Shown piece by piece: positions 36,063 to 46,407 of a stretch of DNA of 64,000 nucleotides. The DNA is from an uncultured Lachnospiraceae bacterium. Lineage in GTDB: Bacteria; Bacillota; Clostridia; Lachnospirales; Lachnospiraceae. The notes below the pieces were generated by a model. That model searched no databases and was not told the origin of the DNA. It worked only from the letters and a program-made list of their open reading frames with translations. Positions within the stretch are counted from its first letter, which is position 1. Every line of letters starts with the position of its first letter. Where the stretch lies: positions 46,147-110,146 of the forward strand of contig CAKQYU010000005.1 of the NCBI GenBank assembly GCA_934293575.1, in the 5' to 3' direction. The translations under genes and the position numbers were made by a program.

Positions 36063-37067
36063 ATGTACGGAGAATATCATAATATTAAAATCTGTGGTAT
36101 TGCTGCTGCAGTTCCAAAGAATACAATTGATAATGAGATATATGCAGAAAAATTAGGAAACCGACGTGCAAAAAAACAGGTATTATATACTGGAATTCGT
36201 CATCGTCATTGCGTAGAACAGGGGCAGTCTGCCTCTGATTTGAGTTGCTACTCAGCAGAGAAATTGTTAAGTGAATTGCATTGGAATCGAGATGAAATTC
36301 GTGTTTTGGTGAATGTAACACAATCTGCTGATTTGTATACGCCCTCTACAGCTATGATTATACAAAAACGTTTGGGTATTGGTCAGGATTGTATTGCATT
36401 TGATGTAAATTTAGGGTGTACAGGGTATGTAAGTGGACTACAAATTGTAGCAGCTTTGCTACAGAATACTGGTGGAAAAGGTCTTCTTTTGGTTGGAGAT
36501 GGAAGATATCATGAAATGCCGGAAGTTCCGACTACTGATTCTTTGCTGTTTGGAGATGGAGGTGCAGCAACGGCAATAGAATTAGAGGAAAACCATACAA
36601 TGCAGTATTCTCAAAAAACAGATGGTAATAGATATAATTTGTTATATACTGCGTTAGACGGAACTATGAAAATGGATGGAAATGCTGTTCTTCTTTTTTC
36701 CTTAAACGAGGTATGTGAAAGTATAAGGGAGTTTCGTGAGTATTTTCAAGTACGGGAAACTTCAATTGATTATTATATTCTGCATCAGGCACAAAAAATG
36801 ATCTTAGATGGTATTGCAAGAGAATGTAATATAGAAGCAGAAAAAATACCGCAATCTTATGAGGAATATGGAAATACATCAACGGCATCGATTCCAATAA
36901 CAATATGTAGTAATATAGAGGAAATAAGAAAAAAGCATCATGCCAGATTATTCTTATGTGGATTTGGAATTGGTTTGGCATGGTCAAATGTGGTTGTTGA
37001 CTTGGATACAACATGTATTTATCCGCTTCTAGAGACAGATTTTTGTTATAAGGATTTAGGAGAATAA
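36063..37067 (+). CDS. KASIII (FabH)-like protein no. 2 (canonical Cys-His-Asn)
   Basis: DVNLGCTGY, LHQAQKM, EEYGNTSTASIP. Start set at MYGEYHNIKICG by analogy with FabH N-termini; the track's TTG at 36015 is possible. Confidence 0.7.
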   Translation: MYGEYHNIKICGIAAAVPKNTIDNEIYAEKLGNRRAKKQVLYTGIRHRHCVEQGQSASDLSCYSAEKLLSELHWNRDEIRVLVNVTQSADLYTPSTAMIIQKRLGIGQDCIAFDVNLGCTGYVSGLQIVAALLQNTGGKGLLLVGDGRYHEMPEVPTTDSLLFGDGGAATAIELEENHTMQYSQKTDGNRYNLLYTALDGTMKMDGNAVLLFSLNEVCESIREFREYFQVRETSIDYYILHQAQKMILDGIARECNIEAEKIPQSYEEYGNTSTASIPITICSNIEEIRKKHHARLFLCGFGIGLAWSNVVVDLDTTCIYPLLETDFCYKDLGE

Positions 37068-37203
37068 TAAAGGATGAGTTAAGGGTAAAAATGAGATTGC
37101 AAATTGGAAACCGAATGGTTTATACAAATCTGTAAATTTTTTACAACATGCATTAGACGAATGTATTAAAAAAATCTAATAAAAAGATATGGAGGAATAA
37201 GAT

Positions 37204-37425
37204 ATGACGAGAGAAGAAAAAATGGAAGTGATTGCAGATATTTTAGAAATTGAGGTAAGTGATTTATCGGAGGATAAAATTTTAGAGGATTATGATACAT
37301 GGGATTCGGTTGCAGTGTTATCTGTAATTGCATTTATGAACGAGCAGTATAATCGTTTCCCACATGCATCTGAGATTCGAGCTTATAAAACAGTAGGGGA
37401 TTTAATGAATTATATGACTGAATAG
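37204..37425 (+). CDS. Acyl carrier protein (subfamily A, 2 of 3)
   Basis: DTWDSVAVLSV motif; paralog of the 35797 ORF. Confidence 0.7.
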   Translation: MTREEKMEVIADILEIEVSDLSEDKILEDYDTWDSVAVLSVIAFMNEQYNRFPHASEIRAYKTVGDLMNYMTE

Positions 37426-37465
37426 AGGCTATGTAGATATAATCAGTAAGAAAGAGAAGGAGCAT

Positions 37466-38203
37466 ATGGACAATTTTTTAAAACTTGGCGGTAAACGGGT
37501 TTTAGTAACCGGGGCTTCATCTGGGATTGGAAAAGCAACTGCAATTGCCTTGAGTGAACAAGGCGCAAATGTAATCATTATCGGACGTCGGGAAAATGAA
37601 TTAAATAATACCTATCAACAACTGTATGGAGATGGGCATGTTATGATTGTTGCAGATTTAACGGAGTTTGATCGATATACAGAGATATTTAAGCTTGCGA
37701 CTCAGCAAGGAAAATTAGATGGTTTAGTACATTGTGCAGGATTAGCAAAGCCTGTTCCTGCAAAAATGGTTTCTGAAAAATTGATAAAAGAGACATTTGA
37801 CGTAAATTTTGTGGCGTTTATGGAATTAGTTAAACATTTTATTAAACGAAAGAATTCTGAAAGAGGAAGTATTGTTGCTGTATCTTCTTATTTGGCAAAT
37901 AGGCCGCATATGTGCATGAGTATATATGCAGCTTCAAAGGGTGCCTTAGATAGTGCGGTAAAGTCCCTGGCATATGAATTCCTGGACAAGAATTATCGTG
38001 TAAATACGGTGGTCCCAGGATGGGTGGAAACACCGATGGTAACAGATTCTGCCAAAGTGTATGAAACAAATGTTGTGGAAGAACCTTCGTTGGGGGTTGC
38101 ACAGCCGTCGGATATTGCAAATGCAATTTTATTTTTAATAAGCGATGTTTCAAGATATGTAACCGGACGTAGTTATTATGTTGATGGAGGAAGGCTAACA
38201 TAA
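37466..38203 (+). CDS. SDR-family oxidoreductase (second copy)
   Basis: TGASSGIGKATA, NVIIIGRR, S..YAASK catalytic motif. Confidence 0.8.
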   Translation: MDNFLKLGGKRVLVTGASSGIGKATAIALSEQGANVIIIGRRENELNNTYQQLYGDGHVMIVADLTEFDRYTEIFKLATQQGKLDGLVHCAGLAKPVPAKMVSEKLIKETFDVNFVAFMELVKHFIKRKNSERGSIVAVSSYLANRPHMCMSIYAASKGALDSAVKSLAYEFLDKNYRVNTVVPGWVETPMVTDSAKVYETNVVEEPSLGVAQPSDIANAILFLISDVSRYVTGRSYYVDGGRLT

Positions 38204-38215
38204 GATAGGGGAAAT

Positions 38216-39022
38216 ATGAATATTCAGGAAGTAAAAATTGTTATAACCGATTTAAAAAGAAAGTATGGAAAACTATATTCTAATATTATTTGGCCCGATC
38301 TTACCTTACATGAAATCGTTGAAACTTATGAAGGTGAAAAAGGACTGGTTCTTGTGGTTGCTGAGGAGAATCGTAATAAGATTTTTTATGCGGTCACAGA
38401 TATTTCAATATTAAAAGAATTATTAATGCAAATTCAGAGAACAGCAGTTTTGGAGTATCACTACAAGGACATAAATGATATGGATGATGTGTTCCTTGTG
38501 GCCGGATTAATTCATTACGCAAATTATATTCGAGTAACCTCAACCTATTTGGAAAAACCATGTTGGGGAGGATCGAAACGACAAGATATGTTAAATGAAT
38601 TATATAACCCAGATTGTGGGGAATATCCCGTTCTTGAAGATGTGGAGGAGTTAGATCAATTAACAAGAACAAGCTTTGATCCTCTAATTGATGATGTTTT
38701 TTCTTTAGAAGAATGGAAAAATATTATACAGAATAAAGAATGCTTTGTAATAAAAGAAAATGGAAAAATAGTTACTTATTATGTGTGGCGGAGGGAAGGA
38801 AAAAAATTATATAGTAATATGTCATTGAATCTTGGACCTGCCAACTATATGTATAATTTGGAACGAAGGGTATTTGAAACAATGTGGAATGAAGGCATTC
38901 GAACGTTTTATGCATGGTATAATGAAGAAAATACCCGGGCTATAAAGCGAGGTATTTTTCCGGAATGTGCAAGAAATAACTGTATACATGATGCTATTTA
39001 TATAAATAAAAAGAGTGAATAA
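38216..39022 (+). CDS. Hypothetical protein inside the acyl cassette (possible acyltransferase)
   Basis: ORF with RBS; no clear motif. Confidence 0.35.
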   Translation: MNIQEVKIVITDLKRKYGKLYSNIIWPDLTLHEIVETYEGEKGLVLVVAEENRNKIFYAVTDISILKELLMQIQRTAVLEYHYKDINDMDDVFLVAGLIHYANYIRVTSTYLEKPCWGGSKRQDMLNELYNPDCGEYPVLEDVEELDQLTRTSFDPLIDDVFSLEEWKNIIQNKECFVIKENGKIVTYYVWRREGKKLYSNMSLNLGPANYMYNLERRVFETMWNEGIRTFYAWYNEENTRAIKRGIFPECARNNCIHDAIYINKKSE

Positions 39023-39040
39023 GAGAAAAGAGGGTTTAAG

Positions 39041-39259
39041 ATGAGTAACGAACAAAAAATTGAACTTCTAGAGGATATGATGGAAGTAGATGGAGGTAGT
39101 TTGGCAGGGGACATGTTGTTGGAAGATATTGACGAATACGATTCATTTTTTAAGTTATATCTTGTAACCTATGTGAAAAAAGAAATGGGGCAGAAATTAA
39201 CCGTAGAGGAAATTGCCCAATTTAAAACAGTGCAGGATATTTGTGATTATTTAAATTGA
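39041..39259 (+). CDS. Acyl carrier protein (subfamily A, 3 of 3)
   Basis: DEYDSFFKLYL motif; paralog of ACPs 1 and 2. Confidence 0.65.
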   Translation: MSNEQKIELLEDMMEVDGGSLAGDMLLEDIDEYDSFFKLYLVTYVKKEMGQKLTVEEIAQFKTVQDICDYLN

Positions 39260-39311
39260 TATATAATTGACTCTGACAAGATTATATATGAAATGTAAGG
39301 AGAGGATATAG

Positions 39312-40835
39312 TTGAGAAATTCTGTTTTATGCTATTTAGAGGAAAGTGTTGATAAATTTCCTCAAAAGATTGCACTTACTGATGCACAAGGAGATTATAC
39401 TTTTACACAGTGGAAATCCATGGCGCTTTGTATTGCAAATGCTATTATTGAAAAGAAAATGGGGAATAAGATTCCGATATTGGTGTACTTGCCGAAATCG
39501 GCAATGACGTTAATTTCTTTTGCGGGTGTTTTGTATAGTGGTAACTATTATACACCCACAGATGTGAAATTTCCCTTTGAAAAGGTCAATTCCATTATAA
39601 AATGCCTCCATCCTGAAATAATCGTAACTGATAAAAAGCATGGTAAATTCTTGAGCGATAATGGAATAGATGAGAAACGGTTTGTTTATGTAGATGAACT
39701 GGATTTTTCTATTACATACAAGAATGCACAATTGTTAAATAGTCAGATTATTGACACAGATTTGGCATATGTGTTCTTTACTTCCGGTTCTACCGGCGTC
39801 CCAAAGGGCGTTGCTATTAGACATAAAAGTATTATGGATTACATTGATTGGGCTGGTGAAAAATTCTCGATTGATAGTGATACTAGAATTGCCAATCAGG
39901 CACCGTTTTATTTTGATAATTCAATTTTGGATATCTATTTATGTATGAGTAAGGGAGCACATTTATTTGTTACTCCTGAGATGTATTTTGCATTTACTGC
40001 AAAATTGCTGGAATTTATCCGAGACAATCAGATTAATTTCATTTTTTGGGTACCATCGGCATTAATTAATGTTGCAAATAGCAAATTGTTAGAGCAAATT
40101 GATTGTAGCTGCATAAAAAAGGTTTTATTCTGTGGTGAGGTAATGCCGAATAGACATTTAAATTATTGGAGAAAGGAATTACCGGATGTTCTATATGCAA
40201 ATCTTTATGGACCGACTGAAATCACAGATGTTTGTTCGTATTATATAGTTAATCGAACATTTGATGATGATGAACCGCTGCCAATAGGTTTTGCATGTGA
40301 AAATACGCAAATTATGTTGTTAAATGATGAGAATATGCTTATTACAAGTCCGGAAGAAATGGGAGAATTGTGTGTTCGTGGGACAAGTTTATCGGCAGGA
40401 TATTACAATAATCCCGAAAAAACGGCTGAGGCATTTGTTCAAAATCCTTTAAATTCACATTATGAAGAAAAAATTTACAGGACAGGAGATTTGGCACATT
40501 ATAATCAATATGGTGAAATTATGTTTGATGGAAGAAAAGATTTTCAGATTAAACATATGGGATATCGTATTGAATTGGGAGAGATTGAGACAGCACTTTT
40601 AAGTATGGATGCAGTATATAATGCATGTTGTATTTATGATACAAAGAATAGTAAAATAGTAGCATTTTGTAAAACGGATCAAGTGATTACAGAAGTAGCG
40701 ATTCGGAAGTGCTTAGGTGGAATCTTACCTAAATATATGATTCCGTCTCAATATGTTCTATTGGAGGAGCTGCCATATAACGATAATGGTAAAATAGATC
40801 GTAAGGAATTAAAGAAAAAATATATAGATGAATAA
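39312..40835 (+). CDS. Adenylate-forming enzyme (AMP-binding superfamily; DltA-like or acyl/aminoacyl-ACP ligase-like)
   Basis: YVFFTSGSTGVPKGV core motif, YGPTE, GDLA...DG...GRKD. TTG start after RBS aaggagagg. Confidence 0.8.
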   Translation: MRNSVLCYLEESVDKFPQKIALTDAQGDYTFTQWKSMALCIANAIIEKKMGNKIPILVYLPKSAMTLISFAGVLYSGNYYTPTDVKFPFEKVNSIIKCLHPEIIVTDKKHGKFLSDNGIDEKRFVYVDELDFSITYKNAQLLNSQIIDTDLAYVFFTSGSTGVPKGVAIRHKSIMDYIDWAGEKFSIDSDTRIANQAPFYFDNSILDIYLCMSKGAHLFVTPEMYFAFTAKLLEFIRDNQINFIFWVPSALINVANSKLLEQIDCSCIKKVLFCGEVMPNRHLNYWRKELPDVLYANLYGPTEITDVCSYYIVNRTFDDDEPLPIGFACENTQIMLLNDENMLITSPEEMGELCVRGTSLSAGYYNNPEKTAEAFVQNPLNSHYEEKIYRTGDLAHYNQYGEIMFDGRKDFQIKHMGYRIELGEIETALLSMDAVYNACCIYDTKNSKIVAFCKTDQVITEVAIRKCLGGILPKYMIPSQYVLLEELPYNDNGKIDRKELKKKYIDE

Positions 40836-40873
40836 ATAGATGACTTTGTTTATAGTATGACAGGAGGATTAAA

Positions 40874-41104
40874 ATGGATAAAATATTAGATATATTAAAT
40901 GAAATACATCCAGAATTTAATTATGAAAATAGTAGTGATTTTATTGAAGATGCTTTACTAGATTCTTATGATGTAATTGAATTAGTTGCTCGTCTTGAAG
41001 AAGTATATGAAATACAGATAGATGGTATGGATATTCTTCCAGAATATTTTTGTGACTTGGAGGCAATCAAACGGATTATAGTTAAAAATGGTGGAAGCGT
41101 ATGA
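40874..41104 (+). CDS. Acyl/peptidyl carrier protein (subfamily B, 1 of 2)
   Basis: LLDSYDVIELVARLEE motif; paralog of the 43094 ORF. Confidence 0.65.
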   Translation: MDKILDILNEIHPEFNYENSSDFIEDALLDSYDVIELVARLEEVYEIQIDGMDILPEYFCDLEAIKRIIVKNGGSV

Positions 41105-42045
41105 AAGCAAAGTGGAGCGGAAAGAGGATAGCTGGCATTTTATCAATTTTAGATTCAGATAAAAAACGTGCTGTTTCTGAAATGCATGTTTATGCAGCTA
41201 AAGTCTTGCTTTCGAAGAAAATGATTCAAAAAAGCGAAATAGGTGCAATTGTCGTTATAACTTTAACACCAGATTATTATTTGCCTCAAGTCAGTATGAT
41301 TTTGCATGATGAGCTTAACTTGAGTGAAGACGTTATTTGTGTCGATATTGCACAAGGTGGAACAGGTTATATTGTTGGTTTGACACAGGCATTTATGTTA
41401 TTGGAACATATCAAGGATAAAAAGGTTCTTTTGTTTACTGGGGATATAATGAGTTGTTCTAGTCAGAATGCGTCAAGAGTGTTTACGGTTTCTGTCATTG
41501 AGAACAATAATTCTTATGGTAAGATTTACTGCGAAATAGACTCAGATATGGAAAGTTCTAAAAAGATGATCCTTCCTTGTGGAGGGTTTCGCCATCCCGT
41601 ATTTCATGACAATGATGCTTATATTGCAATGCAAAATGGTCAGATTGGTAATGGGTTAGAATTGCAGATAGATACGGAAGCGTTCGAAAAATATTTTCTT
41701 GTGCAGGAACCTATATTGTTTAAGACTCTACTTCAAGATAGTCGATTTAGTATAGAAGATATTAAAAAAATTTTTTTTCAATTACCATTTAAATCTAACG
41801 CACATTTTATATTAGATTGTATTAATCTTAATAAAGAAACTGTGAAATATGAGCAAACAGAAACGGTAGACAATATAAGTGCTTCTGCAATACCACGAAT
41901 TATTTGTAAAGAGATGCAGGAATCTTTTTCGAGTGAAAAGGAATACTGTTTATTAATGAGCTGTGGGTCTGGATTTAGTCTGGCTGGGCTAATTATGGAG
42001 ATTGGTTGTATGGATTTTTGTGAAGTGATAGAAACAATAATCTGA
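41101..42045 (+). CDS. KASIII-like protein no. 3 lacking the active-site cysteine
   Basis: FabH-like fold; CVDIAQGGTGY has Gly where the nucleophilic Cys sits in paralogs (LGCTGY, AGCSGY, QACTGF). NISASAIP retains the Asn; the His motif is altered. Confidence 0.6.
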   Translation: MKAKWSGKRIAGILSILDSDKKRAVSEMHVYAAKVLLSKKMIQKSEIGAIVVITLTPDYYLPQVSMILHDELNLSEDVICVDIAQGGTGYIVGLTQAFMLLEHIKDKKVLLFTGDIMSCSSQNASRVFTVSVIENNNSYGKIYCEIDSDMESSKKMILPCGGFRHPVFHDNDAYIAMQNGQIGNGLELQIDTEAFEKYFLVQEPILFKTLLQDSRFSIEDIKKIFFQLPFKSNAHFILDCINLNKETVKYEQTETVDNISASAIPRIICKEMQESFSSEKEYCLLMSCGSGFSLAGLIMEIGCMDFCEVIETII

Positions 42046-42053
42046 GGTGTGTT

Positions 42054-43082
42054 ATGAATACGTTTTTTTATGATAAAAGGATAAGTGGGGTATTGGGTAT
42101 TTTGCCTGAAACCGTAAAATATTACGAAGACGAATTAATTGATGGGTTTAGTAAACGAAATCAAATGATTAAAAAAAATATGGGTTATGGAAAAAGATAT
42201 CATGCAAAACCGACTACTACTACTGCTGATTTATGTATGAGTGGATTGCAGTATTTGTTCGATAAAAAATTAATCGACAAAGAGGATATTTCTGCTATTA
42301 TTGTGGCAACTTTTACCCCCGATTATTTTGTGCCACAAATATCGACATTGATTCATCAGGGCTTTGGATTTTCAAGTGATGTATTTAATTTGGATATATG
42401 GGCTGGTTGTAGCGGGTATGTGGAAGGATTATTGCAGGCATTTTTGTTTTTAGAAACCAATCCTCAAAAAAAAGTATTATTGTTTACTGGAGATGTTATA
42501 AATCGAATGGAAGAAACCATTTACAAATATGAAGAACCATATTATGGTGGTGATGGGGCGAGTATTTCCATTGTTGAAAATTCACCATCACAAAAAATTC
42601 CATTTTTGTTGATGTGTGATGGAAAAGGGAAAGATTTGATTACATTTCAACAGGGAGCATTTGCAGATATTTATCATCAAAAATTAGTTAGTACTGTACA
42701 GAACAATCCAATGGAATCATTTCGATATTTTCAAGAAAAAGTACCAAACCTTATAGAACGATTGTTAGAGTATGGTTCTATTAAGAAAGAAGATATTGAT
42801 CATTATTTTCTGATTCACGCAAACAAATTGGCAGTGTTGAAAATGGCAGATCGACTGCAGATAAGCAGAGAAGCGGTATCTTCTGATATAGTAGAAAAAT
42901 ATGGCGATATAAGTGCTTCTCTTAATCCAGTTTCCATTATTGACTATTATGGAGAAAAAATGCTGAAAAAACAAACCCAAAAAGTGGTTTTATGCGGATA
43001 TGGGGCTGGTGCCAGATGGGGAGCCACCGTTATGGATATTGGAAATATGAATTTTTGTGAAAATTATTATACGGATTTATAA
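42054..43082 (+). CDS. KASIII-like protein no. 4 (Cys and His present, Asn to Asp)
   Basis: LDIWAGCSGYVEG, LIHANKL, EKYGDISASLNP. Confidence 0.65.
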   Translation: MNTFFYDKRISGVLGILPETVKYYEDELIDGFSKRNQMIKKNMGYGKRYHAKPTTTTADLCMSGLQYLFDKKLIDKEDISAIIVATFTPDYFVPQISTLIHQGFGFSSDVFNLDIWAGCSGYVEGLLQAFLFLETNPQKKVLLFTGDVINRMEETIYKYEEPYYGGDGASISIVENSPSQKIPFLLMCDGKGKDLITFQQGAFADIYHQKLVSTVQNNPMESFRYFQEKVPNLIERLLEYGSIKKEDIDHYFLIHANKLAVLKMADRLQISREAVSSDIVEKYGDISASLNPVSIIDYYGEKMLKKQTQKVVLCGYGAGARWGATVMDIGNMNFCENYYTDL

Positions 43083-43093
43083 GGAGAATAAGA

Positions 43094-43324
43094 ATGGAAC
43101 AAATTAAAGAATTATTGATGACAATAAGACCAGAATTTAATTTTGAAACAAGTGATAATTATATTGAAGATGGATATTTGGATTCACTTGATATAACAAC
43201 TTTGATATCAGTATTAGAGGAAACATATGGAATTGTAATTGATGCACTAGAAATAGTGCCGGAAAATTTTTATAACACTGCAACGATTATCAATCTTGTG
43301 AGGAAAAGTGGAGGAGAGGTCTGA
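43094..43324 (+). CDS. Acyl/peptidyl carrier protein (subfamily B, 2 of 2)
   Basis: YLDSLDITTLISVLEE motif. Confidence 0.65.
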   Translation: MEQIKELLMTIRPEFNFETSDNYIEDGYLDSLDITTLISVLEETYGIVIDALEIVPENFYNTATIINLVRKSGGEV

Positions 43325-43326
43325 TT

Positions 43327-44391
43327 ATGCAGTTTGTGTTCAAGGGGAAAAAAATAACTGGTATGTTGGGGGTTTTGCCAGAAAATGAGTATTTGTTTGA
43401 AGATGAAACTCGTGATTTTTCATCAAGTCATGCAAGGCGATTGAAAAAGATAATGGGATATGGAAAGCGAAGAAGAGTGAAAAAAGATACAACTACCTCT
43501 GATTTGTGTATCTTTGGTATGAATTACCTTTTAGAGAATGATTTGATAAAGAAAGAAGATGTAGGTGCGATTATTGTCAGTACAATGACTCCGGATTATT
43601 TTCTTCCACATGTGAGCAACATTGTTCACGGAGAATGTGGATTTTCTGATGAAGTTGTATGTTTAGATATTCCTCAAGCCTGTACAGGTTTTTTACTGGG
43701 CTTACTTCAGGCATTCATGTTGCTGGATCATATGAAGGATAAAAAAGTAGTTGTATTTACAGCCGATGTATTGAATCGCAAAATATACGATGAAGAAGTT
43801 TTTACGGAGCCACCATTTGGAGGGGATGCTGCTACAGTTACAATTGTTGAAAATGATGGGGCAGCTGAAGATATCTATTTTGACATTCGAATGGATGGAA
43901 AGGACAGAAATTGTTTGATTATGCCAACGGGTGGATTTCGTATGCCATGGACCGAGTCTGATGAAAAGGTAGATATTGGTGATGGCATTTTAAGGGATGC
44001 AAATCGATTAAATATGGATGGCTCGACTGTATTTAATTTTGTACAACAGAAGGTACCTCCTTTAATTGATGATTTAATGAAATTTGCAAATAAGTCAAAG
44101 GAAGATATGGATTGGTTTTTATTCCATCAGCCTAATAAATTTATGCTTCAAAAACTTGCAGAAAAATTAGGCGTTCCATATGAAAAAATGTTTATGAATA
44201 TTGTTGAAGAATATGGAAATTCCAGTGGTTCTGTAATTGGAATTAATATTGTTCATAATTTGGGCTCCAAGCTTGAAGATGATTTGTATGAGTGCTGTTT
44301 ATCCGCTTTTGGTGGAGGGTTGTCATGGGGAGCCCTGGTAATGCAGCTTGGAAACATGGATTTTTGTGAGATGATAGAAAGTAATCTATAA
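43327..44391 (+). CDS. KASIII (FabH)-like protein no. 5 (canonical Cys-His-Asn)
   Basis: LDIPQACTGFLLG, FHQPNKF, EEYGNSSGSVIG. Confidence 0.7.
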   Translation: MQFVFKGKKITGMLGVLPENEYLFEDETRDFSSSHARRLKKIMGYGKRRRVKKDTTTSDLCIFGMNYLLENDLIKKEDVGAIIVSTMTPDYFLPHVSNIVHGECGFSDEVVCLDIPQACTGFLLGLLQAFMLLDHMKDKKVVVFTADVLNRKIYDEEVFTEPPFGGDAATVTIVENDGAAEDIYFDIRMDGKDRNCLIMPTGGFRMPWTESDEKVDIGDGILRDANRLNMDGSTVFNFVQQKVPPLIDDLMKFANKSKEDMDWFLFHQPNKFMLQKLAEKLGVPYEKMFMNIVEEYGNSSGSVIGINIVHNLGSKLEDDLYECCLSAFGGGLSWGALVMQLGNMDFCEMIESNL

Positions 44392-44600
44392 AACCATTCT
44401 AATTAATGTAGTGAGAGTGTGTAAAGTTTTATTTTGGGAGAATGAAAATTGAAATATAAAAAAGTAGTTGTAATCGGTTCTAATACAATTGCTGTTGAAT
44501 GTGTAAGGATTTTATTTAAGGAATATCGTATTGAAGATTTGGCTGTAGCGGAATATTTGTTGTAAAACAGGAGCGTTTTGTTAAAGGGGTCATATGTTGA

Positions 44601-45401
44601 ATGAGTAATAAAAACGATAAAATAAATGATATAATTAGTCATTGTATTGGAAAATCCAATAGAACAAATTGTTACTTGTCCTATTCCCAGGTTGAAGAGA
44701 TACTACAAGCAGGTAGAAGTCAACTTATAGTAGGAGCAAATGTAGTGTATCTTTTAGTGCCTAATGATAATTATAATGAGTTGATTTTTTTTGCATACGA
44801 TAATGCGCTTAATATGATTGAAAATCAGGATTTGTTGCTAAAAAATTTATCTTCTGAAAAAAAATGTGTGATAAATATTGTTTCTAAGGATGAGTCAAAA
44901 TACAAAGAGATTGTAGACGCACTTGGTTTTAATTTATATAAAAGGTATGTTAGAAAAGCAATAAAAACAAAAGAAGATTTTTTTCCGATATTTGAGCATA
45001 AAAGTTATGATTTTGTTGATATAAGTGAAATTATGCTGATTCAGAATATGATGATGGAAACATTTGATTTAATATCTGATAAAATTCCAAGTAAAGCGGA
45101 ATTAGAAAAGTTAATTGAACAAAAGTGTATTTTAAAATATTCGGTGGATGATAAAATTCGGGGATTTTTAATTTATGAACATCAGGGGAAAAGGTCATAT
45201 TTGCGTATGCTTTGTATACAGGAAGATTTTAGAGGACAAGGAATAGGAAAAATTCTGTTGAAAAGATATTTTATGTTAGAGGCGAATCATACAGAATTGT
45301 TTTATTTATGGGTTGATTCTGAAAATTTGGATGCAATTGGTTTATATGAAAAAAATGGTTATATTTCTGATGGTCTAAAACAATATATTTACATAAGATG
45401 A
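44601..45401 (+). CDS. GNAT-family N-acetyltransferase
   Basis: C-terminal RMLCIQEDFRGQGIGKILLK, the GNAT acetyl-CoA-binding motif A. Confidence 0.7.
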   Translation: MSNKNDKINDIISHCIGKSNRTNCYLSYSQVEEILQAGRSQLIVGANVVYLLVPNDNYNELIFFAYDNALNMIENQDLLLKNLSSEKKCVINIVSKDESKYKEIVDALGFNLYKRYVRKAIKTKEDFFPIFEHKSYDFVDISEIMLIQNMMMETFDLISDKIPSKAELEKLIEQKCILKYSVDDKIRGFLIYEHQGKRSYLRMLCIQEDFRGQGIGKILLKRYFMLEANHTELFYLWVDSENLDAIGLYEKNGYISDGLKQYIYIR

Positions 45402-45430
45402 GTTGAACATATACAATAGGAGCTATTAGT

Positions 45431-46384
45431 ATGAATAATCTCGAAATCGTAATGTACCATTACGTCCGACCAATTAAAAACAGCAAATATCCCAATATCA
45501 AGGGGCTGGAACTGGAATTATTCAAGCAGCAATTGGATTTTTTTAAGGCAAATTTTTCCGTTGTAACAATGGGGGAGGTAATTGACTCCTTGTCCGGAAA
45601 ATGTACCCTCCCGGATAATGCGGTTCTTTTAACTTTTGATGACGGATACATGGATCATTATCAGCATGTGTTTCCATTGTTAAAACAGTATAATATGCAG
45701 GGCTCATTTTTTGTTCCGTCCGGTATACTAAAATATGAACAGGTTTTGGACGTCAATAAGATACATTTTATTCTTGCATGTATGCAGCTTGAGGAGTTGT
45801 TGCCAAAGGTTTATGCCATGCTGCGGGAATATCGGGATAAGGGGTATGAGCTGGAATCGGATGATGTATTGTTTTCTAAATTGGCAGTGGCGAACCGGTG
45901 GGATTCCAAGGAAGTTATTTTTGTAAAACGACTGCTACAGTCCTATCTGGATGAAAGTCTTCGAGGGGAAATGGTAAATCGGTTGTTTGAGGAAGCTGTT
46001 GGAGTGCCGGAGCGGGAATTTTCCCATGAGCTTTACGTGAATTTAGAGCAGATTAAAGAAATGAAGAATGCAGGAATGTATTTTGGATTACACGGAGAGC
46101 GGCATTATTGGTTGAATCATTTACCGGTTGATAAGATGAAAGAGGATATTAATAACAGTCTGGAATATTTTCGGGATGTAATGGACATGAACTATCTTGC
46201 GATGAATTATCCATACGGTGGTTATAATGAGGACGTGTTAGCGTATTGTAAATCCATTGGTTGTAAGCTTGGATTTTCCGTGGAAGCCAGACATGTGGAT
46301 TTTGACCGAGATAATCCGTTGGCGGTACCAAGATTAGATACCAATGATTTTCCGCCGAAGAGTGAAAATTATAAAAATATGTGA
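45431..46384 (+). CDS. Polysaccharide deacetylase (NodB homology domain)
   Basis: VLLTFDDGYMDHY metal-binding motif; HGERHYW. Confidence 0.75.
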   Translation: MNNLEIVMYHYVRPIKNSKYPNIKGLELELFKQQLDFFKANFSVVTMGEVIDSLSGKCTLPDNAVLLTFDDGYMDHYQHVFPLLKQYNMQGSFFVPSGILKYEQVLDVNKIHFILACMQLEELLPKVYAMLREYRDKGYELESDDVLFSKLAVANRWDSKEVIFVKRLLQSYLDESLRGEMVNRLFEEAVGVPEREFSHELYVNLEQIKEMKNAGMYFGLHGERHYWLNHLPVDKMKEDINNSLEYFRDVMDMNYLAMNYPYGGYNEDVLAYCKSIGCKLGFSVEARHVDFDRDNPLAVPRLDTNDFPPKSENYKNM

Positions 46385-46407
46385 GACAATAAAAGAGGTA
46401 TAATATT

